The position numbers were made by a program, and so were the translations under genes. The notes under the pieces are model-generated. The model was not told the DNA's origin and searched no databases. It saw nothing but the letters and a program-made list of their open reading frames with translations. Below are positions 19,499 to 29,177 of a DNA stretch of 64,000 bases, in pieces (the stretch's first letter is position 1; each line of letters opens with the position of its first letter). The stretch covers positions 2,490-66,489 of the forward strand of contig JABMNZ010000017.1 of NCBI GenBank assembly GCA_013204395.1, read 5' to 3'. This DNA comes from Parcubacteria group bacterium (GTDB taxonomy: Bacteria > Patescibacteriota > Patescibacteriia > UBA9934 > GWF2-40-263).

Positions 19499-19528
19499 GC
19501 ATATACGATGTATAATAATCGTATATGC
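19499..19528. promoter_or_regulatory. 30-bp palindromic operator (11-bp arms, TATAATA-containing spacer) overlapping the transporter start codon
   Basis: gcatatacgat-gtataata-atcgtatatgc; the ATG at 19525 lies inside the right arm. Confidence 0.4.
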
Positions 19529-20772
19529 TGGCACATCTTCGTCGTTTTTATACTATTCTTGGTCCGGGACTTTTATTCGCTGGAGCGGCGATTGGAGTCT
19601 CCCATCTTGTGCAGTCTACGAGGGCGGGGGCCGAGTTTGGGTTCGCTCTCATCCTGTTTGTCATTTTGGCAAACATTTTTAAATATCCATTTTTTGAATT
19701 CGGATCTAGGTATACAGCCGCGACGGGGAAGAGTTTGATTGAGGGTTATAAGTCCCTGGGTCGTTTCGCCCTACCTCTTTTCGGAATCTTTACTCTTGCG
19801 ACAATGTTTATCATTGCCGCTACAGTCACAATCGTTACTTCAGGTCTCGCCATCCAGGTGACAGGATTAGATCTCCCAATCATGTATTGGAACATGATTG
19901 TTGTGGCGCTCGTTACAGGGATTTTGATGATAGGGAAGTTTAAGTGGCTCGAGAGTTTTTTGAAAATTATCGTACTGTCATTGGCTGGGATCACGATGGT
20001 TGCTCTGGTGTTTGCTCTTGTAAATGGTATGCAGGGACAAGCAAACTTTGTTGGGCCAGCCGTTTTATCAACAGCTGGTGTGACGTTTTTAATTGCCCTC
20101 ATGGGTTGGATGCCAGCTCCAATCGAGATAAGTATTTGGCATAGTGTTTGGGCAACAGAGGAAAGGCATGGGGGACATAAGGTTTCCAAAAAAGATTCTA
20201 GCCTTGATTTTAATATTGGCTACATTGGAACAGCCATCTTTGCCCTAGTCTTTTTAGTGTTGGGAGCGTTTGTGTTGTATGGGACCGGGGAAGTGTTTGC
20301 TGATTCTGCCGCTGGTTTCGCCGGACAGTTGATCGACATGTATACCAATGCCTTGGGCGACTGGGCTTGGTGGGTTATCGCTATTACTGCACAGGTGACA
20401 ATGTTCTCAACCACACTCACGGTCTTTGACGCCTACCCACGAGTCATGAATAAATTAGTTCGAGTCAGTAGTGGGTCGACGAAGTATGAGGGGCGTGTGG
20501 GGTACATCATTTGGCTCCTATTTCTTGGGGTTGGCTCACTACTAATTCTAGCGACCTTGGTGAATAACATGAAAGCCCTCGTGACGTTTGCGACCGTTAT
20601 GAGCTTCCTCACGGGGCCATTATTTGCCTATCTCAACTATAGAGTTGTCACAAAAGGGGACATGCCAGAAAACATGCGCCCAGCTCCATGGCTGCGCGCA
20701 TTAAGTGTGCTTGGATTGGTCTTCCTTGTGAGCTTTAGTATTTTCTATATTGGCTGGGTGTTTTTCTTATAG
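19525..20772 (+). CDS. Nramp/MntH-like divalent metal transporter (about 11 TM)
   Basis: N-terminal LGPGLLFAGAAIG...STRAGAEFGF resembles the Nramp GPG...AGAQFG region. Membrane topology fits; confidence moderate. Confidence 0.5.
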   Translation: MLAHLRRFYTILGPGLLFAGAAIGVSHLVQSTRAGAEFGFALILFVILANIFKYPFFEFGSRYTAATGKSLIEGYKSLGRFALPLFGIFTLATMFIIAATVTIVTSGLAIQVTGLDLPIMYWNMIVVALVTGILMIGKFKWLESFLKIIVLSLAGITMVALVFALVNGMQGQANFVGPAVLSTAGVTFLIALMGWMPAPIEISIWHSVWATEERHGGHKVSKKDSSLDFNIGYIGTAIFALVFLVLGAFVLYGTGEVFADSAAGFAGQLIDMYTNALGDWAWWVIAITAQVTMFSTTLTVFDAYPRVMNKLVRVSSGSTKYEGRVGYIIWLLFLGVGSLLILATLVNNMKALVTFATVMSFLTGPLFAYLNYRVVTKGDMPENMRPAPWLRALSVLGLVFLVSFSIFYIGWVFFL

Positions 20773-20800
20773 TTTGGGCTTACTAAAAGAAGTAATAAAA

Positions 20801-20825
20801 TAACCGATAAGCGGTTATTTTTGTT
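20801..20825. terminator. Bidirectional terminator
   Basis: taaccg-ataag-cggtta followed by tttttg. Confidence 0.5.
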
Positions 20826-20835
20826 TGGGTAAAGT

Positions 20836-21036
20836 TTACAAAATTTGCATTGAGGCACCGGTAATAATCATGATGACACCAACGACCCCGATGAACTGTT
20901 CAAGACGCATGTCTTCAAAAACTTTTTTGTCAATCTTATGATCGTGTAGAACTCGGTGATGAACCCTAAGGACGGTGAAGGCTATGAGTAGTTCGCCAGA
21001 CGTATGTAAAAGAAAGCCGATAGTCGAGAGTTGCAT
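20836..21036 (-). CDS. Small hypothetical membrane protein
   Basis: 66 aa with two predicted TM helices; no other support. Confidence 0.3.
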   Translation of the reverse strand: MQLSTIGFLLHTSGELLIAFTVLRVHHRVLHDHKIDKKVFEDMRLEQFIGVVGVIMIITGASMQIL

Positions 21037-21123
21037 AGAAGGTTTATTCGGTAGATTACGATCTTTAATGAATAGTATACCAGGTATTTACGCTAATCTA
21101 CTCTTATTATCTCTAGGTGGGGA

Positions 21124-22620
21124 TTGATAATATATCTGAAATCTGGTACAACCTGCCCTGTTATGGCACAAACAAATGTAGTTGTACGGTTTGATGATGT
21201 GACCTTTGGTTACACCAAGGAAAATCCTCTTTTGAATGAGGCTAGTTTTTCTGTACGCGAAGACGCAAAGTTTACCCTCATGGGTCAAAACGGCGCTGGA
21301 AAGAGTACGTTGTTTAAACTTATTACTGGTGAGTTCAAAGCAGATAAAGGAAAGATTCATCTTTCACCCTCAGCAACGACGGCAACGGCAAAGCAGGTAA
21401 TGGCACGCGAGCATTTGTCTGAAACCGTGCTGGAATACTTTGCCCATGTTTTCGATACGGTTCCTTATAATATCGACAAACAGATCGCTGATATTTTAGA
21501 TGTTGTTAATCTGTCAGCTCCTCTTGATAAGAAGATTGAAGATTTCTCTGGTGGCCAGCAGGCACGACTTCTCCTGGCCTACGCTTTGATACAAGCTCCA
21601 GACATCTTGCTTCTTGATGAGCCTACAAACAATCTTGATCGTGATGGGATTGATCACCTAACAGCTTTCCTCATCATGTATCCAAAAACCGTTCTGGTTA
21701 TTTCCCATGATGCAGATTTCCTAAATAGTTTTACTGAGGGGGTTCTTCATTTAGATGTCTATACGGGGAAGGTGGAGCGTTACGATGGAAACTACTCAGA
21801 TGTCGTAGAGGAGATTGCCGCGCGTGTAGAGCGTGACCGTGCAAAGAACGCACGTCTTTTGAAAACAATCCAAGACAGAAAAGATAAAGTAAACTTTTTC
21901 GCACACAAGGGAGGTAAGATGCGTAAGCTTGCAAGTAAGCTTAAGGATGAGGTTGCTGAGGCTGAGGAGAACATGGTCGGGGTTAGGCGGGATGATCGAA
22001 CGATTAATGATTTCACTATTCCAGTTCAAGTGTTTAAGGAGCCGATGGTGGAGATAACGGGTGTGAAGGTTATCCTGAATCATGAACCACACCATGCCGA
22101 TATAAACCTCGTGCTTAGGCGTAAACAACACTTACTCATCGAGGGACCCAACGGAATTGGAAAGAGTACGCTGCTGCGGACACTGGCCAGTGGACAGTCT
22201 GAAGATGCAAAGATTTTTCCTGGAGTGAAGGTCGGATATTACAAACAAGATTTTTCCGGACTTGATTTTAGCGAGACGGCCTATAACTCACTTGCGTCGA
22301 TGATGGATCAGCCTGACAATGAGGTAATTCGCCGCACAGGAGCGCAATTCCTCCTAAATGGAGACGTGCTGGCTACAAAGGTGGGGGCGTTGTCTGAGGG
22401 GCAAAAAGGATTGTTGAGCTTTGCACGATTCGTATTGCAAGAACCTGGACTACTCATATTTGATGAGCCAACAAATCATATCAACTTCCGTCACTTGCCA
22501 GTGATCGCTCGAGCGATCGATAAGTATGAGGGATGCATGATCATGGTGAGTCACGCCCATGAGTTTGTCTCACAAATGAAGTTTGACACGACCCTCGATC
22601 TGTCGAAACTCATAAAGTAA
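21124..22620 (+). CDS. ABC-F family ATPase (tandem ABC domains, no TMD)
   Basis: Two Walker A sites (GQNGAGKST, GPNGIGKST) and two signatures (LSGGQQARL, LSEGQKGLL) with an inter-domain linker. The start may be the internal ATG at 21163. Confidence 0.8.
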   Translation: MIIYLKSGTTCPVMAQTNVVVRFDDVTFGYTKENPLLNEASFSVREDAKFTLMGQNGAGKSTLFKLITGEFKADKGKIHLSPSATTATAKQVMAREHLSETVLEYFAHVFDTVPYNIDKQIADILDVVNLSAPLDKKIEDFSGGQQARLLLAYALIQAPDILLLDEPTNNLDRDGIDHLTAFLIMYPKTVLVISHDADFLNSFTEGVLHLDVYTGKVERYDGNYSDVVEEIAARVERDRAKNARLLKTIQDRKDKVNFFAHKGGKMRKLASKLKDEVAEAEENMVGVRRDDRTINDFTIPVQVFKEPMVEITGVKVILNHEPHHADINLVLRRKQHLLIEGPNGIGKSTLLRTLASGQSEDAKIFPGVKVGYYKQDFSGLDFSETAYNSLASMMDQPDNEVIRRTGAQFLLNGDVLATKVGALSEGQKGLLSFARFVLQEPGLLIFDEPTNHINFRHLPVIARAIDKYEGCMIMVSHAHEFVSQMKFDTTLDLSKLIK

Positions 22621-22637
22621 TCAATCAATTTAAAAAA

Positions 22638-22670
22638 CACCCTCGGTATGTCCGGGGGTGTTTTGATTTT
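22638..22670. terminator. Bidirectional terminator between convergent genes
   Basis: cacccTcgg-tatgt-ccgggggtg followed by ttttgatttt. Confidence 0.5.
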
Positions 22671-23442
22671 AGGCTGCCAGTGGTAATTGGTCTTGTTCGA
22701 CTTCGTGAAGTGATAATCCAAGCTCTTCGGAATGTTTTTTTAAGAATTGAGCAGCAAAGGTATCAGCATACCGTTCTGGTTCAGAGGCTCTATATTCTTC
22801 TTCTTGAACACGGATAAGATCCTCAACAGTTTGCATTTCCTTAAAACGAGGGTGGGCAGCTAGCTTTGGATGGTCGTTAAGAACAGCTTCAAGCGAGGTT
22901 ACGTTTCTTAAATCTCCAGTGAGCCCTGTCGGAGAAACGTTTGGAATTGGCAAGGTGTTGAGTATTGCCGATCGATGGAAAGCCATTTCATCCGGTGCAT
23001 CCCAACCACTGAGATCTGGGTCTCTTTGATAATTAGAGACGAAATCTAGAACGTGTCCCATTTCGTGAGCGAGGATAAAAAGCTCAAGTAATTCTGGAGT
23101 CATTGCTGACGGATCTATACCAAGCGCTTCTGCATTGATTGCTACAGATGCTTTTCTAATTTCAAGAAGTGGTGCATACGACTCAGCTCCACCCTCTGCC
23201 ACATGAATGAACGGGATGATAACCCCTTCTTCAAGTTCTTGATCAAGAGTGTAGAAACCACCGGCATCATAGGCATCCTCTGGTTTGAAAGTTCTCATTT
23301 GAGTCTCAGACAACTCAGGATTCTCTCTTACGATAATTTCAAATAAACGCCGGACTTCAGGCCTAAGTTCTGTTTCGATCGTTGGCTCGGCCTCGACAAG
23401 GTGTAGAGCTCCAGGATCTCTTTCAGGTAAGGCTTTTTCCAT
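22669..23442 (-). CDS. Putative zinc metalloprotease (HExxH)
   Basis: ILAHEMGHVLDF; no other recognisable family features. Confidence 0.45.
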   Translation of the reverse strand: MEKALPERDPGALHLVEAEPTIETELRPEVRRLFEIIVRENPELSETQMRTFKPEDAYDAGGFYTLDQELEEGVIIPFIHVAEGGAESYAPLLEIRKASVAINAEALGIDPSAMTPELLELFILAHEMGHVLDFVSNYQRDPDLSGWDAPDEMAFHRSAILNTLPIPNVSPTGLTGDLRNVTSLEAVLNDHPKLAAHPRFKEMQTVEDLIRVQEEEYRASEPERYADTFAAQFLKKHSEELGLSLHEVEQDQLPLAA

Positions 23443-23520
23443 AAGTATTGTTTTTAACAGTCAGATAATAGCATAGCCCTTTAAGCAAAAACACCCTTAC
23501 GGGTGTTTTGAATTGCTTTG

Positions 23521-24030
23521 TTAATCTTTGAACCACTCGATATCATCTAGATCCTTCGGTGGCTTTGGTGCAGCAGCGAATTTTCTCTCTGGTGCCACAT
23601 AACTTTCAGCTCGTGGCTTAGGGGTACTTGTTGAGCGTGATGGAGATATTGGTGCCGCAGGAGCACTCTTGCCCAGTATGGCGAGGATACGATCAAGCTT
23701 TGTATTGATCTCATCGATTTCTCGTTTCATGCTTGGTGCTGATGGGCGGCTCTCAAATGATGGTCTGTCATTGGAGCGCTTAAAGGCTGGTCGATCTCCG
23801 AACGATGGCTTTGAGGGTGATGGTCCGTTTGTTCTAAAACATGTGCTGCAAAGCACAGGCTTTCTGCCATTTGGTTTAAATGGAACAGAACATGGATCTC
23901 CACACTCGTTGCATCGAGCTTTGAAGCTTTCTTTTTTCCCGCCAAAACCAGCATTCCAAGAAGGTGAACCCCCATGGGTACTTCCCGGTCGTTTCTTTGG
24001 GCCTCCAAAACTTTTCTTAAATACTTTCAT
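23521..24030 (-). CDS. Hypothetical basic Pro/Ser-rich protein with CxxC...CxxC zinc ribbon
   Basis: CNECGDPCSVPFKPNGRKPVLCSTCF; low-complexity basic N- and C-terminal regions. Confidence 0.45.
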   Translation of the reverse strand: MKVFKKSFGGPKKRPGSTHGGSPSWNAGFGGKKESFKARCNECGDPCSVPFKPNGRKPVLCSTCFRTNGPSPSKPSFGDRPAFKRSNDRPSFESRPSAPSMKREIDEINTKLDRILAILGKSAPAAPISPSRSTSTPKPRAESYVAPERKFAAAPKPPKDLDDIEWFKD

Positions 24031-24105
24031 AATATATACGTTTGTATTGACAGTTGGAGAGACTACGCCTGAAACGTGGGAATGTCAAGGAACATTGGGC
24101 TCTCT

Positions 24106-25005
24106 TTAATGAATGGCAGAAAAGCTGGCGGTATAAGAACACCCATTGCTTCCTGTAATGGTAACGTATCCTTCAACCAAATTCTCCCCGGTCCCATAGA
24201 ACTCGTAATCTGCGTTGAAGGTGTCATATTCGTAATCAAGCATGATATCCCCATCATTGTCTAATGGTATTCCAACTTCTGTTGAACCTGAGGTTTGTGA
24301 ATAGATATTTGGATTTTCGTTCGATTGAAAGAGCAGACTATCATTTCCCATTTCAACATAGATATCTCCAGACGGGTCCCCGGTATCAAAATCATGTTCA
24401 ACATCCATGTCCATGGAAGAAGGGAGTCCAGGAAAGTCGGCTGCACCATCCTCGCAGTCTGATTCCACATCATCATAAGTCATAGCATAGGTGCCATTAC
24501 TTAAATCTTGTCTTTCATTGTCAAGGAGTTCCGCCTCAATCAATTCCATGTGAAAGGATTGAACACCGCCACCGCCACCTGCTGAGCTGTGGTAGACAGA
24601 GCCATCGATCACATCGGAATCTACAGCGGTAAATTCAAAATAGGCCGTCGCTCCTCCTTGTGTTCGAGGGGTGGTTCGATAGAAGTAGGGGACCATACCC
24701 GATAAGTTGTTGAAAAATAATCGTTGTCCATCGGCTTCAAGAACAACATACTGTGAGTCAGGGTCTGAGTAGATATACGCGGATCCGAGATTTCCAATAT
24801 CTAACTTAAATGACCAGCGTCCGGATGTTGGAACTCCTGTGATCGACGGAAGGTCTGAAACGATGTCCCCCTCTTCAATATCAGGTCCGACATCGGGTCC
24901 GGTGACGCTGTACCCGGCAAAAGCCACTGCACCGAAGAGGAAGACTACAATCAAAATGATCAGGATCTTCCTTATTTTTTTATGAGGAGTAGAAGTCTCT
25001 GGCAT
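24106..25005 (-). CDS. Hypothetical membrane-anchored extracytoplasmic protein
   Basis: N-terminal TM (ILIILIVVFLFGAVAFAGY); acidic, beta-rich ectodomain. Confidence 0.45.
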   Translation of the reverse strand: MPETSTPHKKIRKILIILIVVFLFGAVAFAGYSVTGPDVGPDIEEGDIVSDLPSITGVPTSGRWSFKLDIGNLGSAYIYSDPDSQYVVLEADGQRLFFNNLSGMVPYFYRTTPRTQGGATAYFEFTAVDSDVIDGSVYHSSAGGGGGVQSFHMELIEAELLDNERQDLSNGTYAMTYDDVESDCEDGAADFPGLPSSMDMDVEHDFDTGDPSGDIYVEMGNDSLLFQSNENPNIYSQTSGSTEVGIPLDNDGDIMLDYEYDTFNADYEFYGTGENLVEGYVTITGSNGCSYTASFSAIH

Positions 25006-25025
25006 AAGAGTTTGGTTAGGTGTAT

Positions 25026-26834
25026 TTATGGCTGAAGTTGTGATCGGAGTAAGTCAATCTCTTCTTGGGCAAGAATCCAAAGTTTTTCCAGTGAAGTAAG
25101 TTTATCATTTAACTCAGAAAGACGCTGGGCCCTATGAGGGGAGTAATCCGTTGGGTTGTCAAAGAAGAACTTCAGGATTTCACTTTTTTCTATATCAAGG
25201 TCCTTTATTTGTTTGTTTGCTCTTTCTTGAGACCGTTGATGTTCTTTGATGCGAGCATGTAACTCAACCCGCTCAAGTGAACCAAGAGTATCTGGTTGGT
25301 TGTCACTGGTCGAATCTTCAAGGAGTGACGATTCCATGAGGGAGGTGAGGTCGTCGACATAATCCTCATAAGAGCCCATTGACCGTCTTAAGGTCCCTCC
25401 TCTTATCTCGTATACTTTATCTACAAGCGTGTTGATAAAGGTTCTGGCATGGGAGATCACTACCACAGTCCCCTTATATTCTTTGAGGGCAACTGCAAGT
25501 GCATCCGCTGTCTCAACGTCTAAGTGGTTGGTTGGCTCATCTAGAAGCAATACATTGTGCTCGTGCAGTAAGACTCCAGCCAGGCAGAGACGAGCACGCT
25601 CACCCCCGCTTAACACACTTGTAGATTTGTCTAAGTCATCATTTCTAAACAGAAAGTTCCCAGCCATCATCAGGAGTCGTTCGCTTGAGGCATTGCCTGG
25701 TGCCATGGCAGTTAGATACTGAAGAACTGTTTCAGTTCCTTTTAGAGTGGTCTCGGTGTGCTGGTCGTAATATCCAATATCTGCTTTATGCCACCACTTG
25801 AAGGATCCGTTTAAGTGAGGGATGTGCCCGGCTAGAGTTTTTAGAAGGGTTGATTTTCCACGACCGTTCTCACCAGCGATGACAACCTTTTCTCCACGAA
25901 TGATTTCTATATCTATATTTTCCACAACCACATGTTCAGCGTAACCAATGGAGAGTCCTTGTGCACGGACGGCTGTGCCGGCGGTAAATCGTGGGGAGGG
26001 GATAGAGATACGTGTCGTCGCCAGGGCTGAATCGATTTTTGAGATCTTATTCCTGAGAGTGGCGATGTGTTTAACTTTGCTTTGAGCACGTGAGGCCATG
26101 CTTGCCTTAAATCGAAAACGATCGACGAATTTTTGCTGATGAGCAATTTCCTTTGATAGTTTCTTGTTACTTCGTCGATCAAAATCTAACTGTTGCTGTT
26201 TAAACTCCAGGTACTCCTGAACGCCCCCCTTATAGCTTGTGAGAGAACCACGTTCGATTTCAAAAGTATGCGTACAGGTATTCTGCAGGAATGTTCTGTC
26301 ATGAGCTGCCAGAAGAAACGCTCCACTGTAGTTTTGAAGAAATCGTTCAAGCAGCAAGAGTGTCTGAAGATCAAGGTAGTTTACTGGCTCGTCCAAGAAA
26401 AGAATATTTGGATCAGCCAACAGCATGGCGACAAGTTTGACGCGCATGCGGTACCCACCAGAGAGGTGAGTTGGGGGTTGGTCAAGATGTTGTGCATGCA
26501 AACCAAATTGAGAAGCCTGCTTTCTTATCGTCCATTCAGGCTTATCCGTTCTTGATTCAAGATATTCGAGCGTTGTGATTTCAGAGGGCAGTAGCTCGTG
26601 TTGTTCTACGACACCGACCTTGGCTTGGGGGTAGAACTGCACTTCGCCACCATCGGCATTCTCCGATCCCATCAAAATTTTAAGGAGGGTTGATTTTCCA
26701 GCCCCGTTGCGACCTATGAGAGCAATCTTTTGTTTTTCTGTAATTAAAAAAGACAGGTCCTCTAATACAACCTGCAAGCCGTAGGCTTTTCTGATTTTAC
26801 GCCCTTCAATAAGTGGATGCGCCATATTGCTCAA
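25026..26834 (-). CDS. ABC-F family ATPase (second paralog) with C-terminal coiled-coil
   Basis: Walker A GRNGAGKST and GENGRGKST; signatures LSGGYRMRV and LSGGERARL. Confidence 0.8.
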   Translation of the reverse strand: MSNMAHPLIEGRKIRKAYGLQVVLEDLSFLITEKQKIALIGRNGAGKSTLLKILMGSENADGGEVQFYPQAKVGVVEQHELLPSEITTLEYLESRTDKPEWTIRKQASQFGLHAQHLDQPPTHLSGGYRMRVKLVAMLLADPNILFLDEPVNYLDLQTLLLLERFLQNYSGAFLLAAHDRTFLQNTCTHTFEIERGSLTSYKGGVQEYLEFKQQQLDFDRRSNKKLSKEIAHQQKFVDRFRFKASMASRAQSKVKHIATLRNKISKIDSALATTRISIPSPRFTAGTAVRAQGLSIGYAEHVVVENIDIEIIRGEKVVIAGENGRGKSTLLKTLAGHIPHLNGSFKWWHKADIGYYDQHTETTLKGTETVLQYLTAMAPGNASSERLLMMAGNFLFRNDDLDKSTSVLSGGERARLCLAGVLLHEHNVLLLDEPTNHLDVETADALAVALKEYKGTVVVISHARTFINTLVDKVYEIRGGTLRRSMGSYEDYVDDLTSLMESSLLEDSTSDNQPDTLGSLERVELHARIKEHQRSQERANKQIKDLDIEKSEILKFFFDNPTDYSPHRAQRLSELNDKLTSLEKLWILAQEEIDLLRSQLQP

Positions 26835-26870
26835 AAGTCTATCATAGTTCTCGTTTAACGAAAGAGATTG

Positions 26871-26910
26871 GCAAACAAAAAACCATCCGTTTAACGGGAT
26901 GGCTTTTTAG
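26871..26910 (-). terminator. Terminator downstream of csp
   Basis: Minus strand: ccatcccgtt-aaacggatgg followed by ttttttgtttg. Confidence 0.5.
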
Positions 26911-26914
26911 ACAA

Positions 26915-27112
26915 TTAGGCGCGCTGTACATTTGTAGCACGAGGTCCCTTGTCAGAGTCCTCAGTGTCAAATGTGACAGTGTCACCCTCTCGAAGTTCGT
27001 CAAATGTTACATCAACGAGCTCAGATGAGTGGAAGAACAAGTCCTTCTCTTCACCTTCGATCCCGATGAAACCGAACCCCTTGTCAGTCAATCGTTTGAT
27101 TGTACCTGTCAT
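26915..27112 (-). CDS. Cold-shock protein (CspA family)
   Basis: RNP1 KGFGFI and RNP2-like FFHSS motifs; 65 aa. Confidence 0.9.
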   Translation of the reverse strand: MTGTIKRLTDKGFGFIGIEGEEKDLFFHSSELVDVTFDELREGDTVTFDTEDSDKGPRATNVQRA

Positions 27113-27510
27113 AGGTGTATGTATAGTGAGTTATCCGCAAATTCCGACTCTGTTGGAAATTCGACGGATCTCCACGCTGTTGAGTACGTTTTGCACGGCG
27201 AAACAATACCCCATATTGCAAATTTTGTCAATGGCCTGATGGGGATAGCTAAATGCTTTATAATTGGGGGTATAGACCCATAGGCTGAACGTTACTATGC
27301 TTAGGGTAAAGGTATGGATTTGCATGATGTAAAAAAGCTCCGAGTTTAATCGGAGCTTTTTGTTATTTTAGCGGGGCTGGCTTCTTTTTGTCTTTCTTTG
27401 GTTTCTTTACCTCTTTTCTTGAGTCTTTGCCTTTGGCCATATGGTGAATGTTAATAATGTTACTTCTATAATATCACTAAGTATTGATTGTGTGGAGATG
27501 GTTAGAGTTA

Positions 27511-28440
27511 TTATCGCAATTTAAGCGACGAGACAAACAATCCCTCGTGTTTAGTGTTTGGGAGAAGGCAGTACCCGTTCTTCATTGGTTTACCCGTAAG
27601 AGGGGAGGTGACTGGCAAAAGCTTTAGCTTTGGGAATTCCGTTAGCAACCAATCGATCATTTGTTCGTTCTCCTCAGGGGCAAGAGTACAGGTTGAATAG
27701 ACTAGGCGGCCACCTGGCTTAAGGCATGGCACAGCCGCTCGCAAGAGAGATCGTTGTAGTTTTGCATGCGCAACAATATTTCGTTCAGACCAAAAATGAA
27801 AACTGCGTGGGGCATTTAAATCGATGCGCCCTTCTGCAGAACAGGGGACGTCAGCAAGGATGGCGTCAAAAGTGCCATGAAGACTCTTGCATACACGTAG
27901 AGCATCTCCTTCGATTTGTTCTACAAAATCTGATCCCTGTAGGTTTAGGGTGTATTGAAGTTTTTGAAACCTTACCGTGTCTTTTTCAATGGCAAGCAAT
28001 CGACCTTTCCCTTGCATCATGTTTGCCATCTGACTTGTCTTGCTGCCAGGGGCGGCACATAGATCAAGAACAGTTTCACCAGGTTTTGGATCAAGGATAA
28101 CTGGTGGAACCATCGATGAAAGTCCTTGGACATAGATATGCCCGTCAGTACATAGGGGAAGTGCGAGGACTTCTTTGCTGGAGAGTTTCTTCGCAATAAA
28201 AGCGTGGGGAATAGTTTTCACACGTTCGTAGACAATGTTGTGATCCCTCAAGAAGTTCATAATGTCTTCGTCTGTGGCTTTTTTTGTATTGACTCTAAAA
28301 GTGGTCGCGCGTGTCATTTTAAAACTAGCCAAGATCGATTCAGAGCCTTGTCTACCGAATTGGTTTACTAAACGGTCAGTGAATGCCGTTGGGAGCGAAT
28401 GTTTACGCATGTCATTATTTCGTGAGTCTGATTGAATCAT
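27511..28440 (-). CDS. RsmB/RsmF (NOL1/NOP2/Sun) family RNA m5C methyltransferase
   Basis: DLCAAPGSKT (SAM motif I), ADVPCSAEG (motif IV), YSTCTL (motif VI catalytic Cys). Confidence 0.75.
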   Translation of the reverse strand: MIQSDSRNNDMRKHSLPTAFTDRLVNQFGRQGSESILASFKMTRATTFRVNTKKATDEDIMNFLRDHNIVYERVKTIPHAFIAKKLSSKEVLALPLCTDGHIYVQGLSSMVPPVILDPKPGETVLDLCAAPGSKTSQMANMMQGKGRLLAIEKDTVRFQKLQYTLNLQGSDFVEQIEGDALRVCKSLHGTFDAILADVPCSAEGRIDLNAPRSFHFWSERNIVAHAKLQRSLLRAAVPCLKPGGRLVYSTCTLAPEENEQMIDWLLTEFPKLKLLPVTSPLTGKPMKNGYCLLPNTKHEGLFVSSLKLR

Positions 28441-29167
28441 TCATGTGGTGAGATCCAACGGAAGTCCGTTTTAGCTCAAAGAGCAGAGCACCACAACCAA
28501 GTTGGTCACCCAGTCTATGGGCTAGTGCTCTGATGTACGTACCACTAGTGACCTTGAGTGTGAGGGTCGCCGTGAGGAAATATTCGTCGACACTCTCAAG
28601 TCTATTCCAAGATTGAATAACTTCTTTTTGCCTAAAGTCTTTTTTAACAAGATCAATCCGTTCAAATATATTGTTCTTAATATCCTTGAGAGGGTATGTG
28701 GACACTAAGACATCACTCTGCTCCAACACGGTCATGAGCTTGTTTGGAATCTCGATCTCGTCTAGTCGACCCTCACGTGCCCACAAGAGTAATGGTTTGC
28801 CACCCACTTTATAGGAACAGTAAGGGGGGAAGGGAAGAAGATGTTCTCCTGTAAGCTGAGATAGAGCGGTGAGAATTTGTTCTTCTTTAACGTCTTTGCC
28901 TCGTTTAATAATTCCAAGACTATCGTAGGTATCAGACGATAATCCAAAAAGAATCGTGGCTTCGTAAACTTTATCTAACTTCTGATATTCAGGTTTCTTG
29001 AATCGATCTTCATCAGACAAAAAAACAATAACCCCCTCAGCCATTGGATCAAGTCGACCTGTGTAGGTGATCTGACTATCCACCAGCTCTGGATGAGTTG
29101 CTTTAATCTTGTCTATGCACTCAAGCGGAGTCCACCCAAGAGGTTTGTAGATATTGAGGATTGCCAT
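28415..29167 (-). CDS. truB: tRNA pseudouridine(55) synthase TruB
   Basis: Catalytic GRLDPMAEGV motif. The internal ATG start (MAILNIYKP) is chosen so it does not overlap the upstream gene. Confidence 0.8.
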   Translation of the reverse strand: MAILNIYKPLGWTPLECIDKIKATHPELVDSQITYTGRLDPMAEGVIVFLSDEDRFKKPEYQKLDKVYEATILFGLSSDTYDSLGIIKRGKDVKEEQILTALSQLTGEHLLPFPPYCSYKVGGKPLLLWAREGRLDEIEIPNKLMTVLEQSDVLVSTYPLKDIKNNIFERIDLVKKDFRQKEVIQSWNRLESVDEYFLTATLTLKVTSGTYIRALAHRLGDQLGCGALLFELKRTSVGSHHMNDSIRLTK

Positions 29168-29177
29168 GTATTTGTAT

